A DNA stretch of 64,000 nucleotides from Octopus sinensis. Lineage: Eukaryota. Positions 39,651 to 54,100 of the stretch are shown one piece after another (position 1 is the stretch's first letter; each line of letters opens with the position of its first letter). The position numbers and the translations under genes were made by a program. The notes under the pieces are model-generated. The model was not told where the DNA came from and did not search any database. It worked only from the letters and a program-made list of their open reading frames with translations. The DNA lies in contig NC_043009.1 of NCBI RefSeq assembly GCF_006345805.1, positions 12,958,001 through 13,022,000 on the forward strand. The letters are read 5' to 3'.

Positions 39651-40037
39651 GAACATGCATAATGTAATAAATACAGTATTTTCACCCTTGTGTATGCAGA
39701 CAGGCATACAAACATGCACAAACTCACACACACACAAAAACACGCACGCACAGATGTACAGAATCGGTATTTTCCACGTAGATATGAATTTTAATCTATG
39801 TATTTAAAAGAAATTGAAAAAGAGTGATTGAGTGAGAGTGAGAGCGAGAAAAGGGGAGAGAAAGAACGAGAGAGATAAGTATATAAAGACATTGGAAGAA
39901 TCAATGAAAGAAGTTTACATTTGCAACTCAGCTATACAAAAATGTTGCACACAAACATACATATATGCACAAACACATATACACAAACACATACACACAT
40001 ACGCGCACACACACATATATATGTTTATATATATATA

Positions 40038-40258
40038 CACGAGGGGTACTGAAAAGTTCCTGGCTTTAAGGGCATCGCGAAAGGCCTGTTTGGAGGCCCA
40101 ACATTCTGAGATCTTTCGCAGGGTTTGAAAAACTGAAGGACCGTTACGATAAGTGTGTGAATCTGAGAGGGGAATATGTTGAATAAAATCATAATTAACT
40201 GAAACTCCTGTATTTTCCTTTACCCAAAGCTAGGAATTTTCAGTATCTACGCCCTATG
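40038..40258. mobile_element. Mariner-derived MITE
   Basis: TA-CACGAGGGGTACTGAAAAGTTCCTGGCTTT and degenerate inverse AAAGCTAGGAATTTTCAGTATC. Confidence 0.7.
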
Positions 40259-41694
40259 TATACACATACACACACATATACGATTACAGAGTAAAATACT
40301 CATTATTAGCCACTGGCAGAAAGACCAACCTCCGGGCGGTTTTCTGCTTGCCATTTGGTAATAGTTTCGGGTTTGATTCCCAATTCGAATAATTTTATAT
40401 TTGATGTCTAATCATTTCTTTGCATAATAGTGCTCAGTTGCTAAGTAAATATGGCTTTCATTATTTTATCACAGTCATAATCTGTCTTTTTGAAACAAAT
40501 ATCACGGTAGTCCAACAACAGAGGGAGAAGCAGTTTGTCAAGTTTTACCTTCCCCTCAAAGTAACATAAAGATTTCGGTTTAGCAGCTCATCTGTAAGCA
40601 GTGGAGGGTGTGTGTGTATGTATGTATGTGTGTGTGTGAGAGAGAGAGAGAGAAAGAAAGAAGGGGAGAGAGAACATTACAAACAATGAATGAAAAAACA
40701 TAAAATGAAAAAATCGTATAAATAAACGGGTATTACAACAGATATATACGCCCCTGACTTTGTTGCCTCATAACATCCAGAAAAATAAATCCTTTTTAAC
40801 AAAATTTTCTACAAATACTGCTTAGATGTTGTGGCGTTTGTAGGGATTTATGGGAAAGAATGTTTCCGAGTGGGTGGAGAAAGGAGTTTCGGAAAATTCA
40901 CACGATCTGACTTATTTCCCCTCATAATTTTCAAGAAAATGGGTATGTTTTACTGAAAGCTTATGCAAATCCCTTCCAAACATCATGCATTACGATTATA
41001 AAGAAATTTGTAGGGAAAATCTTTTCAGGGATTTTAATAGTACACTTTCCTGTTTGAAAATGTTTTTTCTCAAGGTGACAACAAAATCACTTTAGTGGAT
41101 AGAACTTGAATTGTCTTCACTTACCTAGCAAAGGCACCTGTGTCACAGTATTTCTCCTATAAATGGGTTAGTTTATTACGTTTTAGTAATGTAGATAATG
41201 TTTCTGCATACGAGAAACGGTAAGCTATTGACTGAATAGTCACCAGTCTGTCACATTACTTGGCGTACGTAATTAAGAATATCACTACCTACGAGGGATA
41301 TTCTCGAACCTGAATTACCTCAATCCATTGCATTGGTCCGGTAGAGTAACTGGTGTGGTGAGTTGCTTTGTGCTGGACAACACAACACATCAGAGCTTAT
41401 CACTAGCGTTGCAAAATTACAATGCACCAGTGATATGGGTTTCAAATTTTAGCACAGGGCCAGCAATTTTAGGGGAGCAGGTAAATCTATAACGTCGAAT
41501 CCAGTTATTTTATCGACGCCAAAATTGCTGGGTAGATAGATAGATAAAGAGAGAGATAGGTATACGCGTAGACATGGCCCTATAAGCTCACTTCGCAACC
41601 AGGTGATTTCGTCCAGTGCCATTGTTTCTTTACCGTAGGGAGGAAACTCATCGTATATATGTGTGTGTATGTGTATGTATATATATATATATAT

Positions 41695-41880
41695 ATTCTT
41701 TTATTCATTTACTTGCTTCAATTATTTGACTGCGGCCATGCTGGAGCACCGCCTTTACTCGAGCAAATCGACCACAGGACTTATTCTGTGTGAGCTTAGT
41801 ACTTATTCTATCGGTCTTTTTTGCAGAACCACTAAGTTAGGGGGACGTAAACACACCAGCATCGAAAATAAAGCAACATA
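41695..41880 (-). mobile_element. Family-B SINE 3' portion
   Basis: GACTGCGGCCATGCTGGAGCACCGCC...GGGGACGTAAACACACCAGCATCG. Confidence 0.85.
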
Positions 41881-41937
41881 GGTTGTGAAGTGATAAGGGA
41901 ACAAATACAAGGAGACGCAGACTTACAAACGCACGCA

Positions 41938-41982
<45 letters not shown>

Positions 41983-42085
41983 TGGGTTTCCGCCAAGGTA
42001 CTTCTCAAATGCAACGGACTCGAAATCACTTGGTTGCGATGCAAGTCTATAAAGTCATACCTGCATCTCTGTCTGTCTGTCTGTC

Positions 42086-42117
<32 letters not shown>

Positions 42118-42438
42118 CAGATAAATTTGCTTGGTAGCCGTTTAAAGCCACAAATAAAGAATATTTACCCATTAATGCTGTGTTGAGCACTCATCTCACC
42201 ACTGATGAATATTAGCGTATAATTATACAGACACACGCACGCACGCACACACATGATATATTTACACATATATATTAATGTTTGCCTCTGTGACCATGTA
42301 TTCCGCTGCAGGGACGAATGCACAAAACGTATTACCTTTTGTCAGTTGGTGACACTCAATGAATGTTGACCTCCCTAATTTGTTTAAGAAAATTCGTTTT
42401 TAACACAGACACCAGTGAGTATTGTGTTTTGAATGTTA

Positions 42439-42669
42439 AGGCAGCGAGCTGGCAGAATCGTTAGCACGCCGGGCGAAATGCGTAGCCGTATTTCGTCTGC
42501 CGTAACGTTCTGAGTTCAAATTCCGCCGAGGTCGACTTTGCCTTTCATCCTTTTGGGGTCGATAAATTAAGTACCAGTTACGCACTGGGGTCGATGTAAT
42601 CGACTCAATCCGTTTGTCTCTCCTTGTTTGTCCCCTCTGTGTTTAGCCCTTGTGGGTAGTAAAGAAATA
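42439..42669 (+). mobile_element. Full-length family-A SINE with TSD
   Basis: TTTTGAATGTTA at 42427-42438 and 42676-42687. Confidence 0.92.
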
Positions 42670-44640
42670 ATTATCTTTTGAATGTTATAATCATACTATT
42701 GACAATGTTACACGTATAACTTTTATTAAGACGCAGAAGGGTATCATTTTTAATTATTGTTATCGACTATTTAATTCAATTGTACGAAAAAATAATAATA
42801 ATAAAAAGAAACGGAATCGAGATTCGAAACAAGGGTTCTTTGAAATTCTCTATTTACAGCACATCAGTGTCATATCTGGAGCAAGATACGTATTACAATT
42901 TCAGCAATTAATGAAAAGGTATATCTATCTAGATTTGAAAATAAACTTTAATACACAATTATTATTTTTGCCTTTTTCTGTGTTTCGTTTTTGTTTTTGG
43001 TAATGGATAAATTATATACTAATTTTGAAATGCTCGCTTACTGCAATTCTTGCAAGACACAGGAGAATAATAGTTAATTATCCAATATCACGCTTGCTAT
43101 TAAATAATATCCTGCGATTATAATCCATGATAATTTTTATTTAACATATAAAACAACACAACAAATGAATCTGACGAAATTTCCTTTAGTGTATCTATCG
43201 GTTTGTATGAGAAAACGATAGAAAATATTACTTTAAGGCATCCACAAACGGAACCGAACACACCCACTTGAAGAATGATGATTATAGGTTTCCCAAACAT
43301 CTAATATTTATCTTGGTTCTTTAAATATTAATCATCAATTAATATCGAAGTCGTTTTCTAGACTCCCCGTACTTCATCTCGTATCAATAGTCTTTGCCAG
43401 TGGCTGTTTGGAGATTAGACTATAATTTCATGGATAATGATACTGCTTTCTGATATTTCATTGCTGTCTCAGAGTGCTATTTTACAAACCATTGCAAATA
43501 TTATGCTGAAAAAGTAACTTGCTCGAATAAGCTTTGATACGAACAAATATATATATATATATTTGTTTTATGAAAAGAACGAAACAAGTGAAAAACGAAG
43601 AACAGAAAATATATAAAAAAATAATAAAAAAATAATAGGTAGCAATATTTGTATATTTAAATATATATTGAGTGGTACTGTAGAAATATCAACGTTTAAA
43701 GAAATAGTGATTGTTGAGTAAATATAAACGGATTTAAATATAGAGAAAGTTGCGATTGTATTGTTATGATATTGAAGTATTTAAGCATTTAAATATTACT
43801 TGGAGAGTACATGTCGTTATGAGATGCTAGTGTATATTCTAATAACTGGTCACCTGAATTACCATTGTTATATAGACTCGTTAATGAGATAGTAGGCATG
43901 TAATTTATAATTGTTAAGTAGCATGGTGCATTAGAAAACATGGGCGGCTAGAGAAGTGTTTGTATCTTTGCTGGAGAGATGGGAAACGCTTTAGTTAAAC
44001 ACACAAGTGTAGAAGTGTGGATAAAGGAACAAAAATGAATCTTTCTGTCTTGAAGGTAACCATTTCTGATGCTACCATAACATTTAAATTGAAATGGAAG
44101 CTCCGGCTTATGTGCCATAGTCTAATTTCCCTCATCAATGTGTTGTAGAATAATAGAACAATCAATTCGGTATATTCTTCTTTATGGGCACCTGATTAAA
44201 CAGAGGTGGAAAAGTGTTAAAGAAAATAAGAGCTGACACTCGTTCTCAGCTTCATATTAAAAGTACAGTTGTATGTGAGATGGCTTGCATGGGTTTCTTG
44301 CCAATTATTCTGATATCAAGTTTGAGAACCCGTTCACTAGTTAAATAAGCTGATGAAACTACACAAGTATATCAAATGTTCACTGTTATTGTTGATCTGG
44401 AGTTTAAGAAATTGTGTAACTTGAACCTCGGGGAATAAAAAACCCAGCATTATTAAACACTAAGAAAATATAAAGACATTCTAATACTTAACTGTATGGA
44501 ACATCACAGTTGATGTAGTTAAATATTTGATCACATATTGTTCAACACTGAATTCAGTAGCCATAATTGAATTGAATTTTTTCTTTTGTAAACGATGATG
44601 ATATTGAAAATGCGCAGTCTTAAAACATTTGATACCTGTT

Positions 44641-44854
44641 TCTTTACTACCCACAGGGGGCTAAACACAGAGGGGACAAATAAGGACAGACAAACGGATT
44701 AAGTCGAATACATCGACCCAGTGCGTAACTGGTACTTAATTTATCGACCCCGAAAGGATGAAAGGCAAAGTTGACCTCGGCGGAATTTGAACTCAGAACG
44801 GAACGGCAGACGAAATACGGCTACGCATTTCGCCCGGCGTGCCAGCTCGCCGCC
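44641..44854 (-). mobile_element. Near full-length family-A SINE with 16-bp TSD
   Basis: TAAAACATTT(G/A)ATACC at 44621-44636 and 44855-44870. Confidence 0.92.
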
Positions 44855-45279
44855 TAAAACATTTAATACCGATGCGAAGAGAATAACTAGTGACATAGAA
44901 AGATCAAGTGAAAGAATGTGCCAAGTACTTAGAATAAGTGTGACAGTAATTATTAACATTTTGTTAATGCTACACAAAAAATATATATATATATATAGCG
45001 GAAATGAATTCATAACCTAACATTTGAGGAATTATTCAGAAAAAGGAAAATCACACTTGGAGAGTATCAAATTTACACATTGGGTTCAATATATGATTAA
45101 CGCACTTGTTGTTTGTCATTGAAGAAAACGTATTGTTTACATACTGCAATTTTTGGTGGTGTTTTAATATTTTTATTCTACTGCTTGAGGTATCTATCAT
45201 CACTTACGTGGCATATTAGAGAAGAGAAATTAGGATAGGATTGTGCAATGGTGATGGTAAAGGTAGTGGTAGTAGTGGT

Positions 45280-45480
45280 GTGTGTGTGTGTGTGTGTGTG
45301 ATTGTGTCTGGATATCTACGTATGTATGTGTATATATGTGTGTGTGTGAGAGAGAGAGAGAGAGTGGGTGTGTGAGAAGCTTATTTATAAGTTTTACATC
45401 AGGTAGTGAAATGGTAACTTTGAAACAAAAAATAACGTTCTCGCGGATTAGAATTGCGTTATGTATAATACAAACGCACA

Positions 45481-45544
<64 letters not shown>

Positions 45545-45947
45545 CAGGGGCGGGCCGAAGGGGGTGGAGTGGGGCTGAGGGGCACGTGCTCCACTGAAGA
45601 AAATAAGTGCGCCCTTTTAAATAATGTCATTGCGCCCTTTTTCCTGGAATTGCATTCCCTTCTGACCGTGTGTCCTCCCTTCGGAACATTCTTAGGACCG
45701 CACCTCTTTATATGTGTATGTGTGTGTGCGTGTGTGTGTGTGTGTGTGTGGTGTGTGTGTGTGTGTGATTGTGTCTGGATATCTACGTATGTATGTGTAT
45801 ATATGTGTGTGTGTGAGAGAGAGAGAGAGAGTGGGTGTGTGAGAAGCTTATTTATAAGTTTTACATCAGGTAGTGAAATGGTAACTTTGAAACAAAAAAT
45901 AACGTTCTCGCGGATTAGAATTGCGTTATGTATAATACAAACGCACA

Positions 45948-46013
<66 letters not shown>

Positions 46014-46410
46014 CAGGGGCGGGCCGAAGGGGGTGGAGTGGGGCTGAGGGGCACGTGCTCCACTGAAGAAAATAAGTGCGCCCTTTTAAATAATGTCATT
46101 GCGCCCTTTTTCCTGGAATTGCATTCCCTTCTGACCGTGTGTCCTCCCTTCGGAACATTCTTAGGACCGCACCTCTTTATATGTGTATGTGTGTGTGCGT
46201 GTGTGTGCGTGTGTGTGTGTGTGTGTGTGTGATTGTGTCTGGATATCTACGTATGTATGTGTATATATGTGTGTGTGTGAGAGAGAGAGAGAGAGTGGGT
46301 GTGTGAGAAGCTTATTTATAAGTTTTACATCAGGTAGTGAAATGGTAACTTTGAAACAAAAATAACGTTCTCGCGGATTAGAATTGCGTTATGTATAATA
46401 CAAACGCACA

Positions 46411-46476
<66 letters not shown>

Positions 46477-46690
46477 CAGGGGCGGGCCGAAGGGGGTGGA
46501 GTGGGGCTGAGGGGCACGTGCTCCACTGAAGAAAATAAGTGCGCCCTTTTAAATAATGTCATTGCGCCCTTTTTCCTGGAATTGCATTCCCTTCTGACCG
46601 TGTGTCCTCCCTTCGGAACATTCTTAGGACCGCACCTCTTTATATGTGTATGTGTGTGTGCGTGTGTGTGCGTGTGTGTGTGTGTGTGTG
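45280..46690. repeat. Tandem triplication, ~465-bp unit, each unit with a 163-bp GC-richer MITE-like core
   Basis: Unit marker at 45300, 45767 and 46231; cores 45545-45707, 46014-46176, 46477-46639 start CAGGGGCGGGCCGAAG and end CTTAGGACCGCACCTCT. Confidence 0.95.
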
Positions 46691-46704
46691 TGTATGTCTA
46701 TGTC

Positions 46705-46741
<37 letters not shown>

Positions 46742-49533
46742 GGAGAGAGGGTGAGAGAGAGATGGCGGGGAGAAGTACAGCCGTGCCGTATACGCACTGA
46801 CATACACACATACATACATTTATGGATTTCGCATCATTTTCGACAATATGTGTACCAGTTAGTCGAACAACGCAACTTCCATCCATTATTACACAACCAG
46901 CTGACACATGTAGACATTAACTTAATCCTCACAAACAGATTCGGCATCGCACGGTGGATTACAAAGCTATTCATAGAAGTTATACGGATTTTCCATCCGA
47001 CTCGATCGCATAAAAACTGCATCTGTCCAGCTTCATGCACAAAGTAGAAGCCATCGCGTGTCGTAAGATTGAACCTTAAAACTTATGATTGGAAAGTACA
47101 CTGATTAACTATTTGACCATACGGTTACTAGTTTACACATAGAAACACAGACACACATATAAATATAAACCTGCACTTATACAGTCTCATACTCTTTAGT
47201 GTCGGAGTTATCCCACACACACATATATACGTGGATATATACATAAGGAATGAAAGCATGTACGTTCCCATGTTTCCAGAAGAGCTGAGAGGAAATAAGT
47301 CTAGGTAGTTTTGATGCCAGAATCTGTTTAAGTAGAAATTTCAACGCAGCGTTAATTAGTGATATTAATTCTGAAATCGGAATGATCATCAACGCTAAAA
47401 TGGAATTTTAAAGATATCCTTTAATTGCATCGAATTACCTGGAAACAGATAGCATGCTTGATTTGGCCGTCAATCAATTATGTTTAGTGATCTAACTTCC
47501 ACTGGTTTACTCACATTAGCTGTCAATTCGTAAGGTTTTAACAGACGTCTTATACAAGTCTATAATGACATCGAACACCTTAGGGATGTAGCTTTTGGCA
47601 CAACAGTTCAATCTAGAAGGTGCCTACACTTATTCTCCGTTTGATTGCTGGATACTGACCAAACTGCTCTGCAAATGAAAGCACTAATGCAACTGTTGCT
47701 TATCACTTGTATTCGTATTTTGTGTTAATACTATGGAAATTACAGTTGCAAAATTATGGAGTTGGAGCTGTGTATCACCCAAGGAATATTCAGGTTTGAG
47801 GAAAAGAACGACAAGGAGGAAGAAAGAAGGAAAGACGAGATAAAGAAATGAGCAGAGAAAGGAAAACGTCAAATAAAATTCCAGGGGCGGTGATGGGTTA
47901 GAAGACCATATGGAGAAAGGAAGTGGATTAAGAAATGTAAAGAGAGGGAAGATGAAATAGAAATATGTATATATAAGGAGGGAGAACAGTAGAAATTCAC
48001 TGTAACGAAAGGGTAAAACAGCGCTAAAGAGAGTAAATAAGTTGAGAAAAGAATATCAGACAAAGAATATCCTGAAAAATCTACGGTATTAGGGACATCT
48101 GCTATGTCTACCATTTCATTAACACTGCAATGATGATAAAAAATTGTTTTATTGGCACACATTTAAAATAAGTTTGATTTGATCCTAATTTTGGAAGAGG
48201 TTTATTACCAGACAAGCAGCTGTGCTGGAAATAGGAACTGAGACAAAACCACAAAATGATGAATTGCTGGTATGCAAGGGTTTCCAATTTGACTAAATAT
48301 GAAAAATAAAACGAGAATTACGTATGTTTTAAGTGGTTATATAAACTATATAATACAAACTATATAAACTATATAATACAAATTATATGGTTAAACATAT
48401 TGGACGAAGGTGATATTACTATTTCTGCAGTAGCCGTTTCAGATACAATGTGTTTGTACGTCCTGTTCAATTTTACTGGGTATACCCACATATTCTCGAA
48501 TGATTAATGTTCGACGTAATAGAATAACATGCTAATAGAAGAGAATCGAACTATTTACCTGTAACACATGACTGCATTTCTAATAGTATTTTCCATAAAA
48601 ACTATGAAGGTATCTGCTACTTAATTTTCTTTTCTTTTTTAATTCGATTGCTAAATACTCTGATACGTTAAAACTAAAAACATTCTATGACTATACTTCA
48701 CTACCTTAGCCTAGCTAGATGGGGAGATATGTTATGTTCTATGAATATATTACACACACACACACATGCATTCTGAGTACTCAAGTAGGTAATCTTCCAA
48801 AGTTCCAGTTAGAACAGCGGCTGGTGTTGTGGTTGTGTGAATGTCTTGTTCGACAAAAGAAAAGAAATCAAAACTGGCAGTTGGTAGCTTAAGTTTGAGC
48901 CAGTAGGTGTCAGTTAAAGTTAAATTCATTTAATTCAATTCAAAAATACTAAAATAATACAAAACTGGTAAAGGTAGTAGAGAGTCTCCGACAGCTGTTT
49001 CTGGGATAGCCCGACCATTGGAACATCGTGTCGATTGAAGGCTCTGTAAAACGAACCGCAACAAATATCATTAACGAGAAGCTTTCTTTCTACAAGGTAT
49101 CACATATTTCTTCATACATTTCTCCGATGACAGAATACCCAAGGAAAATCGGAGTGTTGGGAAAGATAGCAGCCGGCAAGATAAATGGTTACAAATAAAT
49201 ATCTCGGAGTCAACGAATACAATCTCACTTATGTGTGTATGTATGTATGTATGTATGTTATTATTCAGTTTATTTCAAGATTTCTTGCCAATAGCGAAAA
49301 AAAAAACAGTTTCGAACCTAGATCTAAGGTTCCTTCATTGGAATTTCAACATCAACAACTGGATATTATTGTATGTATGTATGTATGTATGTATGTATGT
49401 ATGTATGTATGTATGTATGTATGTATGTATGTATGTATGTTTGTATGTATGTATGTATGTATGTGCAGATTTGTATGTTTTTCGTATGTATTCTTATGCA
49501 TATAGTTGCATATCTAGACATGGTCATATATGT

Positions 49534-50220
49534 TTAAATGATAAACTTCTGAAAAGTTTTACAGATTTTTACAGTTCCAGTGATGGTTTGGATCTGTAGT
49601 CTTCGAATTAGCTTTCTGCTTTCTGGTTTTGAGAAGCCTAATTTCCCAAGATTGGTATTTAGGCAGTTTTTGTTTACATATTCCAGGGCCCCAATAATTA
49701 TAGGTATAAACCTGAACTTGTAATAATTTCTCAATAATTCAGTATAGGCGTTCTCTTTTTCATGTTAACATCTGGGCAGCTAATTTCCCCAACTGTGCAC
49801 AATTTCTCTTCTCTCTCCAAAATCCTTTTATCAGGTCTGCTGTGCTACATTTTATTGGGACAGTCCACCAATATTCCCTTATTTTATGAGTGGCTATGGC
49901 TTTTACTATATTATAGGTTCTTATCTTTTTGTACTCGGGATTATCCTTCCGTCGAATTTAATTATAGAGTATCCTAGGTACGTCATGCCTCATCGCTAGA
50001 TATTACCGTGATGACATTTTCGGACAACTGCTTATGATGTGGATGATATCTTCAGTGTGAACACCAAAGTCTACTTCGGTTGTCACATATTACTGCTTTT
50101 ACTGCATCTCTATCTATTTTGTGCACCAGGTACTTAGTTGATATTTCCTGTTCCTAAATTGCAAAAACATACCCTTCAAAGTAGGAGGTAGTAATCCGGC
50201 TATTGGTCCATGATAAACTG
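49534..50220 (-). pseudogene. RLE-type (R2-group) retrotransposon C-terminal relic
   Basis: YKFRFIPIIIGALEYV...LGKLGFSKPESRKLIRRLQIQTITGTVKICKTF; adjacent to (TATG)n. Confidence 0.7.
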
Positions 50221-50369
50221 CTTTGATGATCGATGTTGCTATCATCACGAAGCTTTCTACTAACACATCCATACATAATCTTCTGCTCATACAGGGTCAT
50301 CCTTTCATCTGATGATATGTTGCGTTATGTATGTATGTATGTATGTATATATACGTATGTATATATATA

Positions 50370-50577
50370 TATCTTTTATTCTTTTACCTGTTTCACCCAC
50401 TGGACTGCGGACATGCTGGTGCATCGCCTTGAAATTTTAATCGAAAAGATCTCCCACAGTACTTATTGTTAAACCTGGTACTAATTCTGTCGTTCTATTT
50501 TACCGAACCGCTAAGTTACGGCGACGTAAACACACCAACACTAGTTGTCAAGTGGGGAGACATACGCACACACACAC

Positions 50578-50617
<40 letters not shown>

Positions 50618-50839
50618 GTGTGTGTGTGCGCGTGCGCGTATGTATATATGTATATATACGATGGGCTTCCTTCAGTTTCTGTCCAGCAAATCCAGTCACG
50701 AAGCTTTGATCGGTTCGAGGCTATGGTAGAAGACAACTTTCTAGGTGCCACACAGTGGGACTGAACCCGGACTTAAGTGGTTGTGAATCAATCATCTTAC
50801 CACACAGCCACTATGTATGCATGTATGTATGCATATATG

Positions 50840-50876
<37 letters not shown>

Positions 50877-51095
50877 GTGTGTGTGTGCGCGTGCGCGTAT
50901 GTATATATGTATATATACGATGGGCTTCCTTCAGTTTCTGTCCAGCAAATCCAGTCACGAAGCTTTGATCGGTTCGAGGCTATGGTAGAAGACAACTTTC
51001 TAGGTGCCACACAGTGGGACTGAACCCGGACTTAAGTGGTTGTGAATCAATCATCTTACCACACAGCCACTATGTATGCATGTATGTATGCATAT
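50370..51095 (-). mobile_element. Family-B SINE whose 5' half is tandemly duplicated (period 259 bp)
   Basis: GATGGGCTTCC...CCACACAGCCAC at 50660 and 50919, identical apart from flanking (TA)n length. Confidence 0.9.
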
Positions 51096-51112
51096 ATGTA
51101 TGTATATATATA

Positions 51113-51153
<41 letters not shown>

Positions 51154-54100
51154 GATGTATGTATGTATATATGTACCTTCATTTTGAGTGCCTCTGTGTA
51201 TGTGCATGTATGATGTGTTAAAAACAGTACATTTTACAATGTGAAATATGAGGCAATGAGGAAAGAGAGGGAGAAAATGAGAAGAAGAACGTTCGTGTGG
51301 AGGAGGAGTCATGCGTGGGCATGAAGGACCATTGAATTTGACTGTTTGTATTTTCAAAACACACGATGGTGTAAATGTTGCCAACACTGAAACATCGGAT
51401 AATGCATTTCTAGATAAAACATATGTAAGAAGTCGAGGTAATTACAGTTTGATTCTTTTGAATTCTTTCACCCACTGGTTTTCTAGGTTAGAACTGGTGT
51501 GAGATTCAATAGCTGAAACTATATACAATTTGTCGTTTAAAATACTGGGGAGATTCTACAGGAATTTAGGGTGGAATCAATGGTGTGTAGCAACGGGTAA
51601 AGAGTATGATAAAAAAGGATTAATGATTATAGTTAGGTGATAAGATGAAGGGAAAGTCTGATAGTAGGTATTGGTGGTTTAATATGATACCAACAATCAA
51701 CTCCTAAAAGGGTACTGAATATTTTGTTTATATGAGAACAAGATTAATAACCCGCATTGAGCTTATTTGCCTTTTCACACTGCTTGCAAAGCCTAACAAA
51801 AGTTCAAGAAAAGTACTCAACAAAACGTTATGCACCATACTGATAGGAACGTCATAGAAACAAATGTAAAATCAGTGTCATAACAGTTTTAATAATATTA
51901 ATGAGGGTGTTTCCATTGAGATCAAAAAACGAGAAGTTATCGGTCTTAAGTCATAGGAATTTCACTCACATCAGACAGAAAGATTAAAACCCAGATTGCT
52001 ACGCTGGCAATGGAATCTAAGTTACAATGAACATGATGTTTCTTACTGTGTTTTTTGTGTGGGCTATTCACATGAATAATAACTCAAGTAAATTACTTGA
52101 AAAGATAGAATAGGCAGAGACTACAGAGTTGCAAAGTAAAAGGAGACACGCAACGCATCTATTCTAAATTGCTGAACTGGTGTTCGTACAATCGTACACG
52201 CATACCTAATCATTATTCTCTCATTCTAGCAGTCAATATTGGTATAGGAATGAGGTGCTGGGTAAAATAACTTCAACAACTGGAATTTATTGCTCTATCC
52301 CTCCAATGTTTCCGCAAATGAGTTTCATTGAATGACTTCAACAAATTAGCTGACAACTTGTTGGTTTCCCTTATTCAGGAACATAAAAATCTTTTTCTGA
52401 GGAAGCATAACTTTCTATTGCGGTTAAAATCAACGACTTTACATATAAGTAATGTATAATGCGTGTTGATTTTGTTTTCACCATAAGTATAAACGAACCC
52501 TAAAATGTTTAAAAAACAATCAAAGTATAATCAGTACAGCTGTATTAGTTTATATGTATACTCTATAGGTTTACTTGAGGAAGTGAAACCAAATATACCG
52601 CTCGTTAAACATTTGAAATATAGTTTCATGTGTAGGCATTATATTTTATGTGACACATCGAAGAAGTATGTTCTTGTACAAATAGGCTGTAGGCAAATAT
52701 ATAATAGATTTTGTAGCGTAAGTAGGTTTACGAAAACCATATGCCAACTGAAATTCCCAGTCAACTTTAAACATTAGAACGAATGTCACTTTTAATAAAC
52801 TTAGCAAATATTAATGGCGCTATCGTATATCAAAACTCCGCAGAATTTCTTTAGTTAAGTTTAAAAGCTTATAAATGTACAAGTACATAACGAGAATTTA
52901 TAATGTGCATTTAGGCATATGTGGACTTTAGATCAAGTATTTGTCTTCTCATGAGACAAAATCCGTCAGTGGAGTAAAAAGGACAAAATGATATTGTAAC
53001 CGATTTTTGTATTTGGAACTACATAACTAAATGCCGGCAACTCATTTTATATGAATAAAGACGATGGAGATAAATACAATCCATAATGCAAGAAGTTCTT
53101 AAGTAGACAGATGAATGTAAAATACGCTTGATCAAATATAGTAACGCTTCTCTTTGGTATTAAAATTTTCTTCAAAGGTCTCACTATACAAGTTTGAATA
53201 TAGACACAATATTGCAAGTTAGTGACAAATATTACCTTTCTCCTCATACTCTTGTTATCCCTATTAAACAGCAGTTATCTGAGGTCTTGTTATTGCTTGC
53301 TCATGCATACTGTTATAGATGTCGTTTCACTTAGAAAACCTTTACATTAGCCTGATAGAAACGGCTTTGCAACTATTCGGTGATGAAAGAGTATGTAGTT
53401 TAGTGGTTGTGTAGGAAGGTGCATTCTATAATAATAAAGGTTTGTCGTTTTTGCATCAGAAGAAAAGCTCATAGATATCTGTGGCACATCATATTTACTG
53501 TTTTTATTATATTCAGTATTATAATGCTTAAATGACACTACAATATAAATTGCACTAGCGTGTCCGTTAGCTGTTTTCAGCCTTATCATTTGTGGTCTAT
53601 CTCATTTATCGGGTTCGTTTCGTTGTTCCTTTCTCCGCTCTCTATTGTTATCATGGGTTCTTGTGAAAGATGTTTTTAGTATTAGGAATCGATTGCGCAG
53701 AATATGGGTTTTATTATTAAACTGAAAGTGTATTTTAGTAATATATCCCTGTCTAATACGTTTGTCTTTGGGCTGTGTTTAAAGTGAGACCTGGAATAGT
53801 TTTTTGTCTTCTCCTTGCTTCTTTTTATTTCGCTCAGTAAATCTATATCTTTGTGTAGCTATATCATATATGTTTTACCGTAAATTCGTGCTATTTTTCT
53901 ACTGTTGTTTCAGTGTTGTCTTTATTGCAACACATCTGAAAGTACTGGACTTTGATTATGTAGAATGTAGCAAGTGATAGTTAATATATTCAGAAGTTAC
54001 GAAGTAGGATGTCTTGTGCTGGTTGTTATACAGAATCAAGTACTTTATAAACAACGTGGAATGTATACCTTGCATGGCAATTACTTGGGTTGTCTGGCAA

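Noticed and set aside
47869-48162. 97-aa minus-strand ORF
   Set aside because: Largely a translation of a purine/pyrimidine-biased low-complexity tract; no motif or splice support.
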